Positions 29,041-39,020 are shown, counted from the first letter of the stretch. The stretch: 64,000 nucleotides of DNA from Polyangiaceae bacterium (GCA_035063585.1 JAPSGB010000005.1:140930-204929), one strand, 5' to 3'. Notes: generated by a model from the sequence alone, not told the origin. Program-made: numbers and translations.

Positions 29041-29604
29041 TCAAGAGGCGTAGGCGTCTGCGCGTCGCGCGCGGAGCTCTCGCTCGATCTCGCCGCGCGC
29101 GTCATCGTCGAGTAGCCGCTCGAGCGCCGGGAGAACGACCGCCTCTTCTGCGGCGAGGTGCGCGTCGAAGAGCTGCGCGAGCTCCGTGAGCCGGTCGAGC
29201 TGGGCGGCTCGGAGCGCGCCCCAGGCGGTCGGGTTGGCCGTGAGCTCCGACCACGCCTCGAGGAGCCGCGGCAACACGGCATCGATCCGCTGGTGCTCTG
29301 TGTGCATGGTCGCGAGCGCCTGGTCGAGGACCGCGTCGCGCCCTCGGAGCCGCGGGAGCACCGACTCTTCCTCGTCCTGCACGTGCAGCGGCAGCGCTAC
29401 CGCGAAATACCGGTGGACCTGCGCCGCGACCGCCGAGATCTCGCTCGGCGCCGCGGACGAGTCGGTCATCAGCCCCTGGGCGAGCGCGGTAAACCGGCGG
29501 ATCCGGGCGTGACAGTCGAGCAAGAGGCCGAGGGCGCCGCGAGCCTCGAGGCGGCTCCGACGCCCGATGGTCGGGATGAGCATCTCGAGGAACGTACCGC
29601 TCAT
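29041..29604 (-). CDS. Hemerythrin-domain protein
   Basis: CHARI, HVQDEE, EHQRI and HLAAEE (HHE-type motifs). Confidence 0.85.
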   Translation of the reverse strand: MSGTFLEMLIPTIGRRSRLEARGALGLLLDCHARIRRFTALAQGLMTDSSAAPSEISAVAAQVHRYFAVALPLHVQDEEESVLPRLRGRDAVLDQALATMHTEHQRIDAVLPRLLEAWSELTANPTAWGALRAAQLDRLTELAQLFDAHLAAEEAVVLPALERLLDDDARGEIERELRARRADAYAS

Positions 29605-29782
29605 CCACGCCTCGGGCAACGCGCCGGCGGCTGGCTCTTGGCACGGCGCGGAGTCGAGACTAAAGTAAAGTATAAAGCGATGCTCGATGGGCCGCGGAGC
29701 GTACGGGCCGGGCGCGCTCCCCCGGGGAGCCTCGGAATCCCGGCTTCTGCTCAGGGCTCGGGGGGTGATAGCCTCCGCCGCC

Positions 29783-30286
29783 ATGGTGCTCAGATTGAGC
29801 GAGGACGTCGCGAAGGAGCTCTCGGCCCGCCTGCGGGAGCGCGGAGCGCCCGGTTCGGTCGCGCTCACCGCTACCCATGAGGACACCGAGGCCGCCCTCA
29901 TCGTCGAGGAGTACGGACCGCTGTGCGAGGTGATGGTCCTCATCATGGTGGCGGACGGTGAGATCCACGACGCCGAGCGCGAGGTGCTCCGCGGTGCGCT
30001 CCGCCAGCTCGAGCCTCGCGTGCGGACCTCACACCTCGTCGAGATGCTCGCGCGCGCCGAGTCGGCGCGCGCTCGGGAGGGTGTCGAGGCACGCCTCCGC
30101 GCGGTGGCGGCGGCGCTGGAAGACGACCCGGTGCGCGGCGAGGTCGCCTACGTGCTCGGCGCCGCCGTCGCGTGGGCCGACGACGACGTCTCGCTCGGGG
30201 AGAACGCGCTCCTCGAGGAGCTCGCCGAGGCGCTCGGGATTGGTGAGGCGCGCTCGGAGGAGCTGCTCAGGCTCCTGCTCGCGTGA
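29783..30286 (+). CDS. TerB-like (tellurite resistance family) protein
   Basis: Duplicated ADG/ADD motifs: IMVADGEIHDAERE and AWADDDVSLGE. Confidence 0.75.
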   Translation: MVLRLSEDVAKELSARLRERGAPGSVALTATHEDTEAALIVEEYGPLCEVMVLIMVADGEIHDAEREVLRGALRQLEPRVRTSHLVEMLARAESARAREGVEARLRAVAAALEDDPVRGEVAYVLGAAVAWADDDVSLGENALLEELAEALGIGEARSEELLRLLLA

Positions 30287-31154
30287 TGGCGCGGGCGAGG
30301 TCGTTCGGTATCTCGGGCATCGCGCCGCGCCGAGAGGCGACGAACCCGGCGTAGCGGTTGGCGCGCGCGCCGAGCTCCGCGAGCCCGGCGCCACGCGGCC
30401 ACAGATGCGCGATGACCGCGCTGAAGGCGTCGCCGGCGCCCACCGCGTCGCCGTCTGCCGTCGAGACGGCGACCCCGGCGCTCTCGAGCCGCTCGCGCGG
30501 GCTCGCGAGGAGCGCGCCCGCCGCGCCGCGGGTGAGCGCCACGAGCCCGACTCCGCGCGCGAGGAGGTAGTCGACGGCGTCGCTCGCGCCGGTGGCAGCC
30601 ACCAGGCGCGCCGCCTCGGCCTCGTTCAGCTTGACCGCGCTCGCGTGCCGGATGGCCTCGTCGATGACCTCGCGCGTGTCGAACGGGGGCCGCACGTTGA
30701 GGTCGCAGAGCCTGAGACAGCGCGCCGGTGCCGCCGCGAGCGCCTCGGCGAGCGCTCCTCTGCCGAGCACCGTGCGTTGCGCGAGCGTGCCATAGACGAG
30801 GACATCGGCGCGCAGGACGGCGGCTCGGGCGTCCGCGTCGAACGCGATGCGATCCCACGCAGCCTGCTCGGCGATCTGGTAGCGGGGCTCGCCATCGATG
30901 GTGGCGACCTCGACTCGACCGGTCGGGCGCTCGGGATCGACTTGTACGAGCGTGGTCTCGACTCCTCGCGCGGCGAGCGCGCCGCGCGCCGCGCGCCCGG
31001 GCTCGTCGTCGCCGACGCGGCTGATGAGCGACGCATGAGCGCCGAGCACCGCCGCGTGATACGCGACGTTCGCCGCCGCGCCCCCGAGCCGCCGCGTGTC
31101 CGCGAAGGTGTCCCACACGAGCTCGCCCCACGACACCACCCGAAGTCTCTCCAC
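30267..31154 (-). CDS. PfkB-family carbohydrate kinase (fructokinase-like)
   Basis: GGAAANVA, DLNVRP, KLNEAE and DAVGAGDAF motifs. Confidence 0.9.
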   Translation of the reverse strand: MERLRVVSWGELVWDTFADTRRLGGAAANVAYHAAVLGAHASLISRVGDDEPGRAARGALAARGVETTLVQVDPERPTGRVEVATIDGEPRYQIAEQAAWDRIAFDADARAAVLRADVLVYGTLAQRTVLGRGALAEALAAAPARCLRLCDLNVRPPFDTREVIDEAIRHASAVKLNEAEAARLVAATGASDAVDYLLARGVGLVALTRGAAGALLASPRERLESAGVAVSTADGDAVGAGDAFSAVIAHLWPRGAGLAELGARANRYAGFVASRRGAMPEIPNDLARAITRAGA

Positions 31155-31236
31155 GCCGCCGAGCTTAGCCCGCTCGATTCCGCGCCGGAGCGGCATCCCC
31201 TTGAAGGACGCCGCGCGGTGTGGTTGTCTCCTGCTC

Positions 31237-31379
31237 GTCCGACCTGTCGAGGGAAGCCGGTGAGAGTCCGGCACGGAGCCGCCGCTGTAACCTGTCGCGG
31301 CCCGGATCACGAAGCCACTGGCGAAGCTGGGAAGGCGATCCGGGCATCCACGGGGAGTCAGAAGACCCGCTGGTCGGAC
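31237..31379 (+). promoter_or_regulatory. Cobalamin (B12) riboswitch
   Basis: AGGGAAGCCGGTGAGAGTCCGGCACGG, GCCGCTGTAA, GCCACTG, GGGAAGGC and B12-box GAGTCAGAAGACCCGC; closing stem GTCCGACC/GGTCGGAC. Confidence 0.92.
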
Positions 31380-31468
31380 CTCGGTGTTCCGGGCGCCTCA
31401 TGTCGGGGCGGCGCGGAATCCCGGGGAACGCCTGCCGGGCGCGAGCCTCGCCCGAGAAGGAATCGACG

Positions 31469-32725
31469 ATGGATGGCGTGTTGCGCGGGTGGGTCGCGTC
31501 CGCGGTCGCGCTGTGCTGCGCGTGCGGCGCGCCCGAGCCGCCCGGGAACACCGGCGGGACCGGGGTGGACGCGGGCGTGTGCGGGCGGGGTCTCGTGGTC
31601 GTGGAGACCGATTATCAGTCGTCCAACGTGTCGCTGGTCGGGGTCGACGGCGCGGTGCTCTCGGCGTCGCTGCTGTCGTCCGCCTCGACGGGGACCGCGC
31701 TCTCCGCGCCGCTCGGCGGCGACGTGGTCGTGCCGACGCCGAGCGCCGACGGGAGCCGGCTCGTCCTCATCGATCGGTATCCGGCGAGCGTGCTCACCTG
31801 GGTCGAGGTCGCCAGCGGAGCGGTCTCGGCGCAGCTCCGAGTCGGTATGGGCTTCTCGAGCAACCCCCAAGACTACGTACCGATCGACGCGCGCAAGGCC
31901 TACGTCCCGCGCTTCGAGTCGAATCCGAGCCCGGGGCGCGAACCGTTCGACGAGGGCGGGGACGTGCTCATCGTCGATCCGAGCGGGCCGCGGGTGACGG
32001 GTCGCGTCGATCTGACGCCAGCGATGGCCGGAGAGGACCCGCGGTTCTTGCCGCGCGCGAACCGCGCGCTCGCGCTGGGCGGCTCGGTGTTCGTGCTGCT
32101 CTCGGGGTACGCGCGGGACTGGTCGGCGTCGGCGGAGTCGCGCCTGGTCCGTATCGACCCCTCAGCCGACGCGATCCGCGAGGTGCTCGTGCTCCGCGGA
32201 CTTCACGGCTGCGGCGCGCTCGCGCCGTCTCCCGACGGGGACGAGCTCGCCGTCGCCTGCACCGGCGGGTTCGAGCGGAGCTCTACCGCGGACATCACGA
32301 CTTCGGCGGTGGTGCGCGTGGCGCTGGAGCCCGCGCTGCACGAACTCGCGCGCTATCGGGCGGCGAGCTTCGGAGCGGGGCCGGCCGGGTTCGGGCTCGA
32401 CTACGCCGCGGCGGGCACGCTCGTCGTCACGACCTTCGGCTCCTTCGGCGACGCGCACACCGCGCCCGAGGATGACACCGTGAGCGCGCTCACCATCGCC
32501 TCGGGAGAGGTGTCGACGCTGCTCCGCTCGCGCGGCGTGCCGTTCAGCCTCGGTGAGGTGCGCTGCGTGCGCGAGTGCGAGGCGTGCTTCGTCACCGATG
32601 CCGAGACGGGAGGCGGGGTGGTCCGGCGCTTCCAGATCGAAGCTGAGGGTCGGCTCTCGCCGGGCGAGGCCATCCTTCCGAACCCGGCCATCGGGATGCC
32701 CCCTCGTTATCTCGGCCGGTTCTAG
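31469..32725 (+). CDS. B12-riboswitch-controlled lipoprotein, probable beta-propeller
   Basis: AGAAGGA RBS; lipobox-like LCCAC; repeated short beta-strand units with NPQD, SPDG and IDP turns. Confidence 0.8.
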   Translation: MDGVLRGWVASAVALCCACGAPEPPGNTGGTGVDAGVCGRGLVVVETDYQSSNVSLVGVDGAVLSASLLSSASTGTALSAPLGGDVVVPTPSADGSRLVLIDRYPASVLTWVEVASGAVSAQLRVGMGFSSNPQDYVPIDARKAYVPRFESNPSPGREPFDEGGDVLIVDPSGPRVTGRVDLTPAMAGEDPRFLPRANRALALGGSVFVLLSGYARDWSASAESRLVRIDPSADAIREVLVLRGLHGCGALAPSPDGDELAVACTGGFERSSTADITTSAVVRVALEPALHELARYRAASFGAGPAGFGLDYAAAGTLVVTTFGSFGDAHTAPEDDTVSALTIASGEVSTLLRSRGVPFSLGEVRCVRECEACFVTDAETGGGVVRRFQIEAEGRLSPGEAILPNPAIGMPPRYLGRF

Positions 32726-32822
32726 GCGTCGTCACGCGGTCCGGGTTCACGCTCGGCGGCGCTCGCCCGAGCTGGCGCGCGGCCTCGACGAGGTGGGGCG
32801 ATCAGGGTAGAAGGTCCCGCAG

Positions 32823-33233
32823 ATGACGCTGGCGCTCGAAGGCAGCGGGCACAGCCCGATCGACGTCGTCAACCTCGTGGCGGTGGTATTCGGTGTGATG
32901 TTCTCCTACCGCCGCCTCAACGTGTCGCGGCGGCCGTCGTTGATGTACCCGGAGGTCCCCGAGGGTGACTTCGAGTACTGGAAGTCCCTCGAGATGTCCG
33001 GCTGGAACCTGGGCGCCATCGCGTGCGTGCTGAAGATCGCTGCGGATTTTGCGTTCCGGTACGCTTACGTCGAGCGGGCGCAGGCGGACTGGCGGATTTA
33101 CGGCCCCATAGGCTTCCTCATCTTCGCGTCGTGGATCGTGGCCATGGTGATCGCCGCGCTCCGACTGCGGAAGGGGCGCATCGTCCGCGCCGCGCTCGGG
33201 ATCGACCTCGACCGGCCGATCCCCCTCGACTGA
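32823..33233 (+). CDS. Hypothetical membrane protein (3 TM)
   Basis: Three hydrophobic segments; host-like codon usage. Confidence 0.7.
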   Translation: MTLALEGSGHSPIDVVNLVAVVFGVMFSYRRLNVSRRPSLMYPEVPEGDFEYWKSLEMSGWNLGAIACVLKIAADFAFRYAYVERAQADWRIYGPIGFLIFASWIVAMVIAALRLRKGRIVRAALGIDLDRPIPLD

Positions 33234-33287
33234 GATCCGGCCCTCGGGAAGAACTGCGCTCGGGGCTCCGTAACATCCGGAGCGACG

Positions 33288-33470
33288 ATGACACGCGCGA
33301 AGCTCGAGCGGACCCTCGGTATCCTCCTGGCCGGTATGCTTCAGGCGGAGCAGCAGCTCGCCTCGGAGCAGGCGGGGTCGGGGGTCTACCGGCTCTTGCC
33401 GTTCGCCATCGAGCCGGGCCCGAGAGAGGCTGCCGCCAGCCCGAGCCCGCCGCCGCAGGGGCGGGGCTGA
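33288..33470 (+). CDS. Possible small hypothetical protein (60 aa)
   Basis: TAACAT hexamer and GGAG upstream; fills the gap before the convergent tetR. Confidence 0.4.
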   Translation: MTRAKLERTLGILLAGMLQAEQQLASEQAGSGVYRLLPFAIEPGPREAAASPSPPPQGRG

Positions 33471-33471
33471 G

Positions 33472-34197
33472 TCAGCTCTGCGCCGGCATCGGGTCTGCGC
33501 CGGCGCGGGCACGGAGCCCGGCCCAGATGAGGTCGAGCTGCTCCCGGTAGGCGGTGCGGACGCGCTCCGGAGCCCCAGAGCACAGCCACAGCGGCACGCC
33601 GAAGAACGTGCTCACCAAGGCGAGCAACGCCTGGTCGAGCTGAAGCGTCACCGGGAGCTCGCCGAGCTCGACCGCCCGCTCGAGGTGGGGCTTCCACAGG
33701 TTCTCGAGGCGGATGTCCGGGAGACTCTCCACGCAGTCCACCGTGGGAAACGCCTGCAGGCACTCGGCCAGCGTGATCCCTTCGCACTCGCGGGTGCACG
33801 GCGCGGGTCGCGGCTCGAGCGCCATGTGCCCGATGATCTCCTGCATCATCCGCGGGTGCTCGGCGAGGTGCTGCGCGGTGAGATCGAACACCTGCTCCAC
33901 GAAGGCGAGCCCGGCGCTCGAGCCGACCGCTTCGCGCGCGCGGAGCGTGACGTCGAGCGTCCAGATTTGGATGAAATAGTGTAGGAGGTCGTCTTTCTTC
34001 TTGAAGTAATTGAAGAAGGTCGCCTCCGAGACTCGCACCGACTCGCAGAGCTCTTTGACCGTGATCTCCGAGAGCGGCTTCTCCTTCAGCCGCTCGACCG
34101 CGGTGCTCAGGAGCGCCAGCTTGGTGCGCGCGAACTTCCGCTCGCGAAGCGTCGGCCGCGGCTGTGCGGGATCGGAGATGGGGTCGGGCTCGGTCAT
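33472..34197 (-). CDS. TetR/AcrR-family transcriptional regulator
   Basis: HTH ITVKELCESVRVSEATFFNYFKKKDDLL. Confidence 0.92.
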   Translation of the reverse strand: MTEPDPISDPAQPRPTLRERKFARTKLALLSTAVERLKEKPLSEITVKELCESVRVSEATFFNYFKKKDDLLHYFIQIWTLDVTLRAREAVGSSAGLAFVEQVFDLTAQHLAEHPRMMQEIIGHMALEPRPAPCTRECEGITLAECLQAFPTVDCVESLPDIRLENLWKPHLERAVELGELPVTLQLDQALLALVSTFFGVPLWLCSGAPERVRTAYREQLDLIWAGLRARAGADPMPAQS

Positions 34198-34287
34198 CGG
34201 GGCCGATACGCGGTACATAGTACCGAGGACCCGAGGCGGAACCCCTCGCGTGCTCCCGCGCGCCGCCGAGCGCTCTGCTCGCGCCGC

Positions 34288-34725
34288 TCAGAACCCGTGG
34301 ACGGCCGTGACGTACCATCCGAGGCCGACCACGAGACCCGAGAGCCCCGCCGCCAGCCCGAATGAGAGCGCGGCCGCGCGGCGAAGCTCCCGGCTCTCGC
34401 GCGGCGCGACCAGCGCCGCGACCAGCGCTCCGATCGCGAGGCACGCGACCGTGACCGCGACGTGCTCCTTCGTCTCGAACGCGAGCCCCGCGCCGACGCT
34501 CTTCTGAAACAGGGTGCGCTTCACCAGGCGGCGATAGTCACCATAAATGAACGCCCCAGCGGACCACGCGAGCGCTGCTAGTAGGCCGGCGAGCGCGACC
34601 GCCCAGCGGCTGCGGGGGGTGAGCGGCTTGCCGCGCCGCAAGAGGAGCGCCGGGTGAACGAGCGCCGCGGTCGCCAGCACGCCGATCGCGCCGTGGAGGC
34701 TCTCGAGCAGCCGCGCGAGGCTCAC
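34288..34725 (-). CDS. Hypothetical membrane protein with His residues in TM segments
   Basis: About 4 TM; LHG, VHP and FETKEH; GTGA overlap with the upstream gene. Confidence 0.7.
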   Translation of the reverse strand: MSLARLLESLHGAIGVLATAALVHPALLLRRGKPLTPRSRWAVALAGLLAALAWSAGAFIYGDYRRLVKRTLFQKSVGAGLAFETKEHVAVTVACLAIGALVAALVAPRESRELRRAAALSFGLAAGLSGLVVGLGWYVTAVHGF

Positions 34726-35057
34726 GGAAACACCCACGCGGCGAGGGCCAAGAGCGGCACCACGATGCCCGTCGCGAGCGCGAGCCTCCGAGCGCGCGCC
34801 TCGCCACGTTCCGGAGCCCGACGAAAGTGGGCGTAAGCGATGGCCGCCACCATGAGACCGCACCACACGGCGACCCCGGCGCGCCAGAAATACACCGTGT
34901 GGAGCGTCCGCAGGATGAGCACCGGGCTCGTCATCGGCTCGCGCAAGTACTCGTAGAGCCGCTCTGCGGTGTAAGTCGCCGGAGCCGCCAGCCCGAACAC
35001 GAGCGCGGCGGCAGCGACGGCAGAGGCACGGGCGTCACGGGGTTCGCTGTTCGTCAT
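34722..35057 (-). CDS. Hypothetical membrane protein (3 TM)
   Basis: Hydrophobic ORF in a tightly packed operon; start could be 35090. Confidence 0.65.
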   Translation of the reverse strand: MTNSEPRDARASAVAAAALVFGLAAPATYTAERLYEYLREPMTSPVLILRTLHTVYFWRAGVAVWCGLMVAAIAYAHFRRAPERGEARARRLALATGIVVPLLALAAWVFP

Positions 35058-35229
35058 CGTCTCGGAGTTCTCGCGAGTCTCGGCGGTCATCGTCGCGGAG
35101 CTTCGTTCGTGGAGCGAACGCCATGGCGGTGAGCACGCTAGCGCCGATGGTGATGAGCGCGATCACGATCTCGACGGTGCTGTCGCTCGAGCCGTTTCGG
35201 GGCGGTCGCTGATGAAGGGGGCGAGGCAT
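35035..35229 (-). CDS. Small single-TM protein (64 aa)
   Basis: ATG 5 nt after the upstream stop; TM VEIVIALITIGASVLTAMAFA. Confidence 0.5.
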   Translation of the reverse strand: MPRPLHQRPPRNGSSDSTVEIVIALITIGASVLTAMAFAPRTKLRDDDRRDSRELRDDDEQRTP

Positions 35230-35234
35230 GGCGC

Positions 35235-36293
35235 TCAGTGCAGCCGATAGTTCACGAGGATGGCGAGGAGGACTTGGGTGTGGTCGAGCGCGAGGTACAC
35301 GGCCGCGAGCTGCGCTGCGATCCCGAGCGCCGTGAGCAGTCGCCGCCGCGACGGTCGAGCTCGGTCTCCCAGCGCCATGCCGGTAACCGAGGCGACGAGG
35401 AGCAGCGCCGCAGAGGCCGGCACGATGAAGAGCATGGCGCGCCACGTCTCCGGGCGATGCACACGCGCGGCCGCGAGCGGCACCGCGAAGAGCCACCCGG
35501 CGAGCGCGAGCCGCGGCGGGGAGAGGCCGCGCGCGAGCGCGCCGGCTCCGAGTCCACGCCAGCCCGAGCCGAGCGCCGCGGCGAGAAAGGCGACGATGAG
35601 CAAGAGCGCGGCGGGCCGCCCGTAGCGCCCAAGCAGCTCGAGCTCGAGGAAGGCCGTCTCGGCGCGCTTGCCGAGCCCCGCCGCACGGAGATCCGCGACC
35701 GAGCCGCTGATGTTACCCAAGCGCGCGCGAGCGAGCGCGAGCTCGGTCGTCGCGAGCTCCCACTCCGCGGTCTCGACGCCGGGTTCCTCGAGCCAGCGCT
35801 CGAACGCGGGGATCGCCCGCGCAGGCCGATCGAGGCGATTGAGCCAGGCCTCGGCGACCAGCGCGCGGGCGGCGCGGCGGACCGGCCCTGGTGGGAAGCC
35901 GGCGAGCTTGCCTTCGAACGCCTCGAGGCGCGCGGCCGTGAGCTCACCCGGCCCGAGGCGTTGCATACGAAGGAGCTCTATGAGCGGACCGTCCGACTTA
36001 CCCCCGCGCGCCTCGAGCCAGTCGATCCGCGTCCGCGCGCGCCGGGCGAGCCGCGAGCCCGGCGCGAGCGCGGCCGCCTCGCGATAGAGCGCGAGCGCGT
36101 CGCGCGGCCGCGCCTCCCGCTCGGCGCGCTCCGCTCCACGAATCAGCTCTACCTGGCGCGCGTCGTCGCGCTCGAGTCGGGACGCGTCCTCGGGGTTCCG
36201 CGCCGAGCCGGCATCCTCTGCCCGCCCGAGCGGCGCCACGAGGAGGATGGCGAGGAGGAGGGTCGGCCCGGCGCGGAACCACGGGGAGCGCAC
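35235..36293 (-). CDS. Exported TPR-like protein with C-terminal TM helices
   Basis: Signal peptide; helical repeats; several C-terminal TMs. Confidence 0.7.
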   Translation of the reverse strand: MRSPWFRAGPTLLLAILLVAPLGRAEDAGSARNPEDASRLERDDARQVELIRGAERAEREARPRDALALYREAAALAPGSRLARRARTRIDWLEARGGKSDGPLIELLRMQRLGPGELTAARLEAFEGKLAGFPPGPVRRAARALVAEAWLNRLDRPARAIPAFERWLEEPGVETAEWELATTELALARARLGNISGSVADLRAAGLGKRAETAFLELELLGRYGRPAALLLIVAFLAAALGSGWRGLGAGALARGLSPPRLALAGWLFAVPLAAARVHRPETWRAMLFIVPASAALLLVASVTGMALGDRARPSRRRLLTALGIAAQLAAVYLALDHTQVLLAILVNYRLH

Positions 36294-36344
36294 CGCACGC
36301 TTCTAGCCGCGGGCTCTCGCTGCGTCGAGCGCCCGGAGCGGCGC

Positions 36345-37727
36345 TCACTTCATGAGCGAAAATGACTCGATTTCGCTCGCGTCGTTCCGAAGCGCGCGAT
36401 AGTCGAGCTTTTTTCCGTCGATGTCGATGATGACGTAGCCGCGCGTCTTCTCGGTGATCTGTTCGAGCGGGCAGTCCGTCCCGGTGCTGTAGAGCGGCGC
36501 GCCGGCGCCGCCGGCCGTGACGTAAATGGTGCCGCTGCCCATGGGCGCCTCGACGCCCGCGCGGATCGGCTTGCTACGCTCGTAGCAGTGGTTGTGTCCC
36601 GCGAGCACCATGTCGACCTCGTGCTCGTCGTAGGCCTTGCCCCAGAGATCGACCTGCGTCGCGAGCGGCGAGTGGTTCGAGCAGGTGTAGAGCGGCCGAT
36701 GGTGTACGGCGAAGACCCAGTCGATCTTGGTGCGATCGAGCCCGTCGAGCTTCGTCTTCATCCACGCGGCCTCGCGAGCGAAGGAGTTTTGATCGGTGAC
36801 CGTATCGTTGAGCATCAAGAAATACGCGTTCCCATACTGGAACGAGTACCACTCCTCGCCGCGACTATCGGGGCTCTCGCCCTCGGTCTCTTCGCCTGGG
36901 AAGGCAAACTGGACGAAGTAGTTCAGCGCGAGCGCCTCGTGATTACCGACCACGGTCATGAAGGGGATCCGCGCGAGCGCCTCCTCGGCGGCGAACGAGC
37001 CCGCCTTGGCTTGGAAGAACTCGTCCCAGTTCAGCTGATTGGCGCCGACCATGACCGCGTCGCCGGTGAAGATCTGGAAATCCGCGGCGGCGTCGCGGGC
37101 CGCCCGCTGGATCTCGGCGAAGGCGCCCGGATCGCCTCGGGAGTCGCCCGAGAGCACGAACCGGAACGGAGTAGTCTTCTCGGGCGCGGGCGCGGTGGCG
37201 ACGTCGTAGACCGCGCTCCAGTTCCCGGGCCCGCCGACCTTGTAATAGTAGGTGGTGCCCGGCTCGAGGCCGCAGACGTGCCCCTCGTGGACGCGCGCCT
37301 TCTGGTCCGCGTAGAGCGGGCTCGAGCTGCCGAAGATGAACGTGTGACCGAGCTGGACGGAGACGCCCGCGCCCGCGCGGTCAGCGGCCGCTACCGCCGC
37401 CGGGTCCGTCCCGTAGAGCACCTGGGTGAGGCGCGTGTCGAGCCCCGTCCCCCAATTGACGGCGAAGCTCGAGCTCGGCGGACCCGCCCAGCTCACGTGG
37501 ACGTTCTTGGGCGTCGGCTCGGCGCCGACGTCGCGGCCGTCCATCGTCGCGTCCTCCACCGACTCGGGCAGGCTCACCGCGTAGTCGCAGCGCTTCGGCG
37601 TGTACGAGGCAACCGGTGCGCCGTTCCCGCCGCCGCCGCTCGGCGCGTCATCGGATGAGCTGCCGCACGCGTAGAGCGCGACCGCGACCAGGGAGGTGAG
37701 CGTGAGCCCCAAGCGCAGCTTCGTCAT
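36345..37727 (-). CDS. Purple acid phosphatase-like metallophosphoesterase lipoprotein (FN3 plus Metallophos)
   Basis: Lipobox LYAC; GLEPGTTYYYKVG; GDSR, GDAV, GNHE, HHRP and GHNH motifs. Confidence 0.9.
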   Translation of the reverse strand: MTKLRLGLTLTSLVAVALYACGSSSDDAPSGGGGNGAPVASYTPKRCDYAVSLPESVEDATMDGRDVGAEPTPKNVHVSWAGPPSSSFAVNWGTGLDTRLTQVLYGTDPAAVAAADRAGAGVSVQLGHTFIFGSSSPLYADQKARVHEGHVCGLEPGTTYYYKVGGPGNWSAVYDVATAPAPEKTTPFRFVLSGDSRGDPGAFAEIQRAARDAAADFQIFTGDAVMVGANQLNWDEFFQAKAGSFAAEEALARIPFMTVVGNHEALALNYFVQFAFPGEETEGESPDSRGEEWYSFQYGNAYFLMLNDTVTDQNSFAREAAWMKTKLDGLDRTKIDWVFAVHHRPLYTCSNHSPLATQVDLWGKAYDEHEVDMVLAGHNHCYERSKPIRAGVEAPMGSGTIYVTAGGAGAPLYSTGTDCPLEQITEKTRGYVIIDIDGKKLDYRALRNDASEIESFSLMK

Positions 37728-37832
37728 GGCAGAAGCACGTTAGCACGACCGCCGGGCCGGCCGCTCCCGCCGCGACGGGAGCGGGGGCCGCACGGGCCGG
37801 TCGCAGGCGGCCAGCGAGGGGCCGCGCGCCCG

Positions 37833-39017
37833 TCAGACGAGGCCGAGGTCCTTGCCCACGCGGGTGAACGCCTGGACCGCCTGGTCGATTTGGGCCGGCT
37901 CGTGCTCGGCGGAGAGCTGCACGCGGATGCGAGCTTGCCCCTTGGGGACCACCGGATAGGAAAACCCGATGACGTAGATCCCGTGGTCGAGGAGCCGTGC
38001 GGCCATGTCTCGCGCGAGCTTCGCGTCCGAGATCATGACCGGCACGATGGGATGGATGCCAGGCTTGACGTCGAAGCCGGCGGCCGTCACCCCCTCGCGG
38101 AACCGCCGCGCGTTGGTCATCACGCGCTCGCGGAGCTCGCCGCTCTCCTCGAGCAGCTCGAACACCGCGAGGCTCGCGCCGGCGACCGCCGGGGCGAGGG
38201 TGTTCGAGAACAGATACGGGCGCGAGCGCTGACGCAAGAGCTCGATGATCTCCCGGCGCCCGGTGGTAAATCCGCCGCTCGCGCCGCCGAGCGCCTTGCC
38301 GAGCGTGCTGGTGATGACGTCCACTCGCGAGAGGACCCCGAAGTGCTCCGGGGTGCCGCGGCCGGTCGGTCCGATGAAGCCGGTGGCGTGCGAGTCATCG
38401 ACCATGACCATCGCCTGGTAACGCTCCGCCAGCTCGCAGATCTGGTCGAGTTTCGCGAGGTAACCGTCCATGCTGAAGACGCCGTCGGTGGCGATGAGCC
38501 GCAGGCGCCGCCCCGCGGTCGCCTCGAGCGCGCGCTCGAGCCCCGCCATGTCGCCGTTGTCGTAGCGGTGCCGCTCCGCCTTCGAGAGGCGAATGCCGTC
38601 GATGATGGACGCGTGGTTCAAGGCGTCGCTGATGATCGCGTCGTCGGGGCCGAGGAGCGTCTCGAAGAGGCCGCCGTTGGCGTCGAAGCACGATGAGTAC
38701 AAGATCGCGTCCTCGGTGCCGAAGAACTTGGCGATTCGCGCCTCGAGCCGCTTGTGGAGATCCTGCGTCCCGCAGATGAACCGCACGCTGCTGAGCCCGA
38801 AGCCGTGGGTGTCGAGGGCGTGCTTGGCCGCCGCGATGACCTTCGGGTGACTCGAGAGGCCGAGATAGTTGTTGGCGCAGAAGTTCAGGACGCGCTTGCC
38901 GTCCGACTCGATGCTCGCCGCCTGCGGCGTGGTGATGATGCGCTCTCGCTTCTCGAGGCCGGCCTCACGAAGCTCCTCGAGCTCGGCTGCGTAGATGGCT
39001 CTCGCGTTCTCGAACAT
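37833..39017 (-). CDS. kbl: 2-amino-3-ketobutyrate CoA ligase (glycine C-acetyltransferase)
   Basis: [27 protein letters not shown] and RSRPYLFSN motifs. Confidence 0.96.
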   Translation of the reverse strand: MFENARAIYAAELEELREAGLEKRERIITTPQAASIESDGKRVLNFCANNYLGLSSHPKVIAAAKHALDTHGFGLSSVRFICGTQDLHKRLEARIAKFFGTEDAILYSSCFDANGGLFETLLGPDDAIISDALNHASIIDGIRLSKAERHRYDNGDMAGLERALEATAGRRLRLIATDGVFSMDGYLAKLDQICELAERYQAMVMVDDSHATGFIGPTGRGTPEHFGVLSRVDVITSTLGKALGGASGGFTTGRREIIELLRQRSRPYLFSNTLAPAVAGASLAVFELLEESGELRERVMTNARRFREGVTAAGFDVKPGIHPIVPVMISDAKLARDMAARLLDHGIYVIGFSYPVVPKGQARIRVQLSAEHEPAQIDQAVQAFTRVGKDLGLV

Positions 39018-39020
39018 GGC

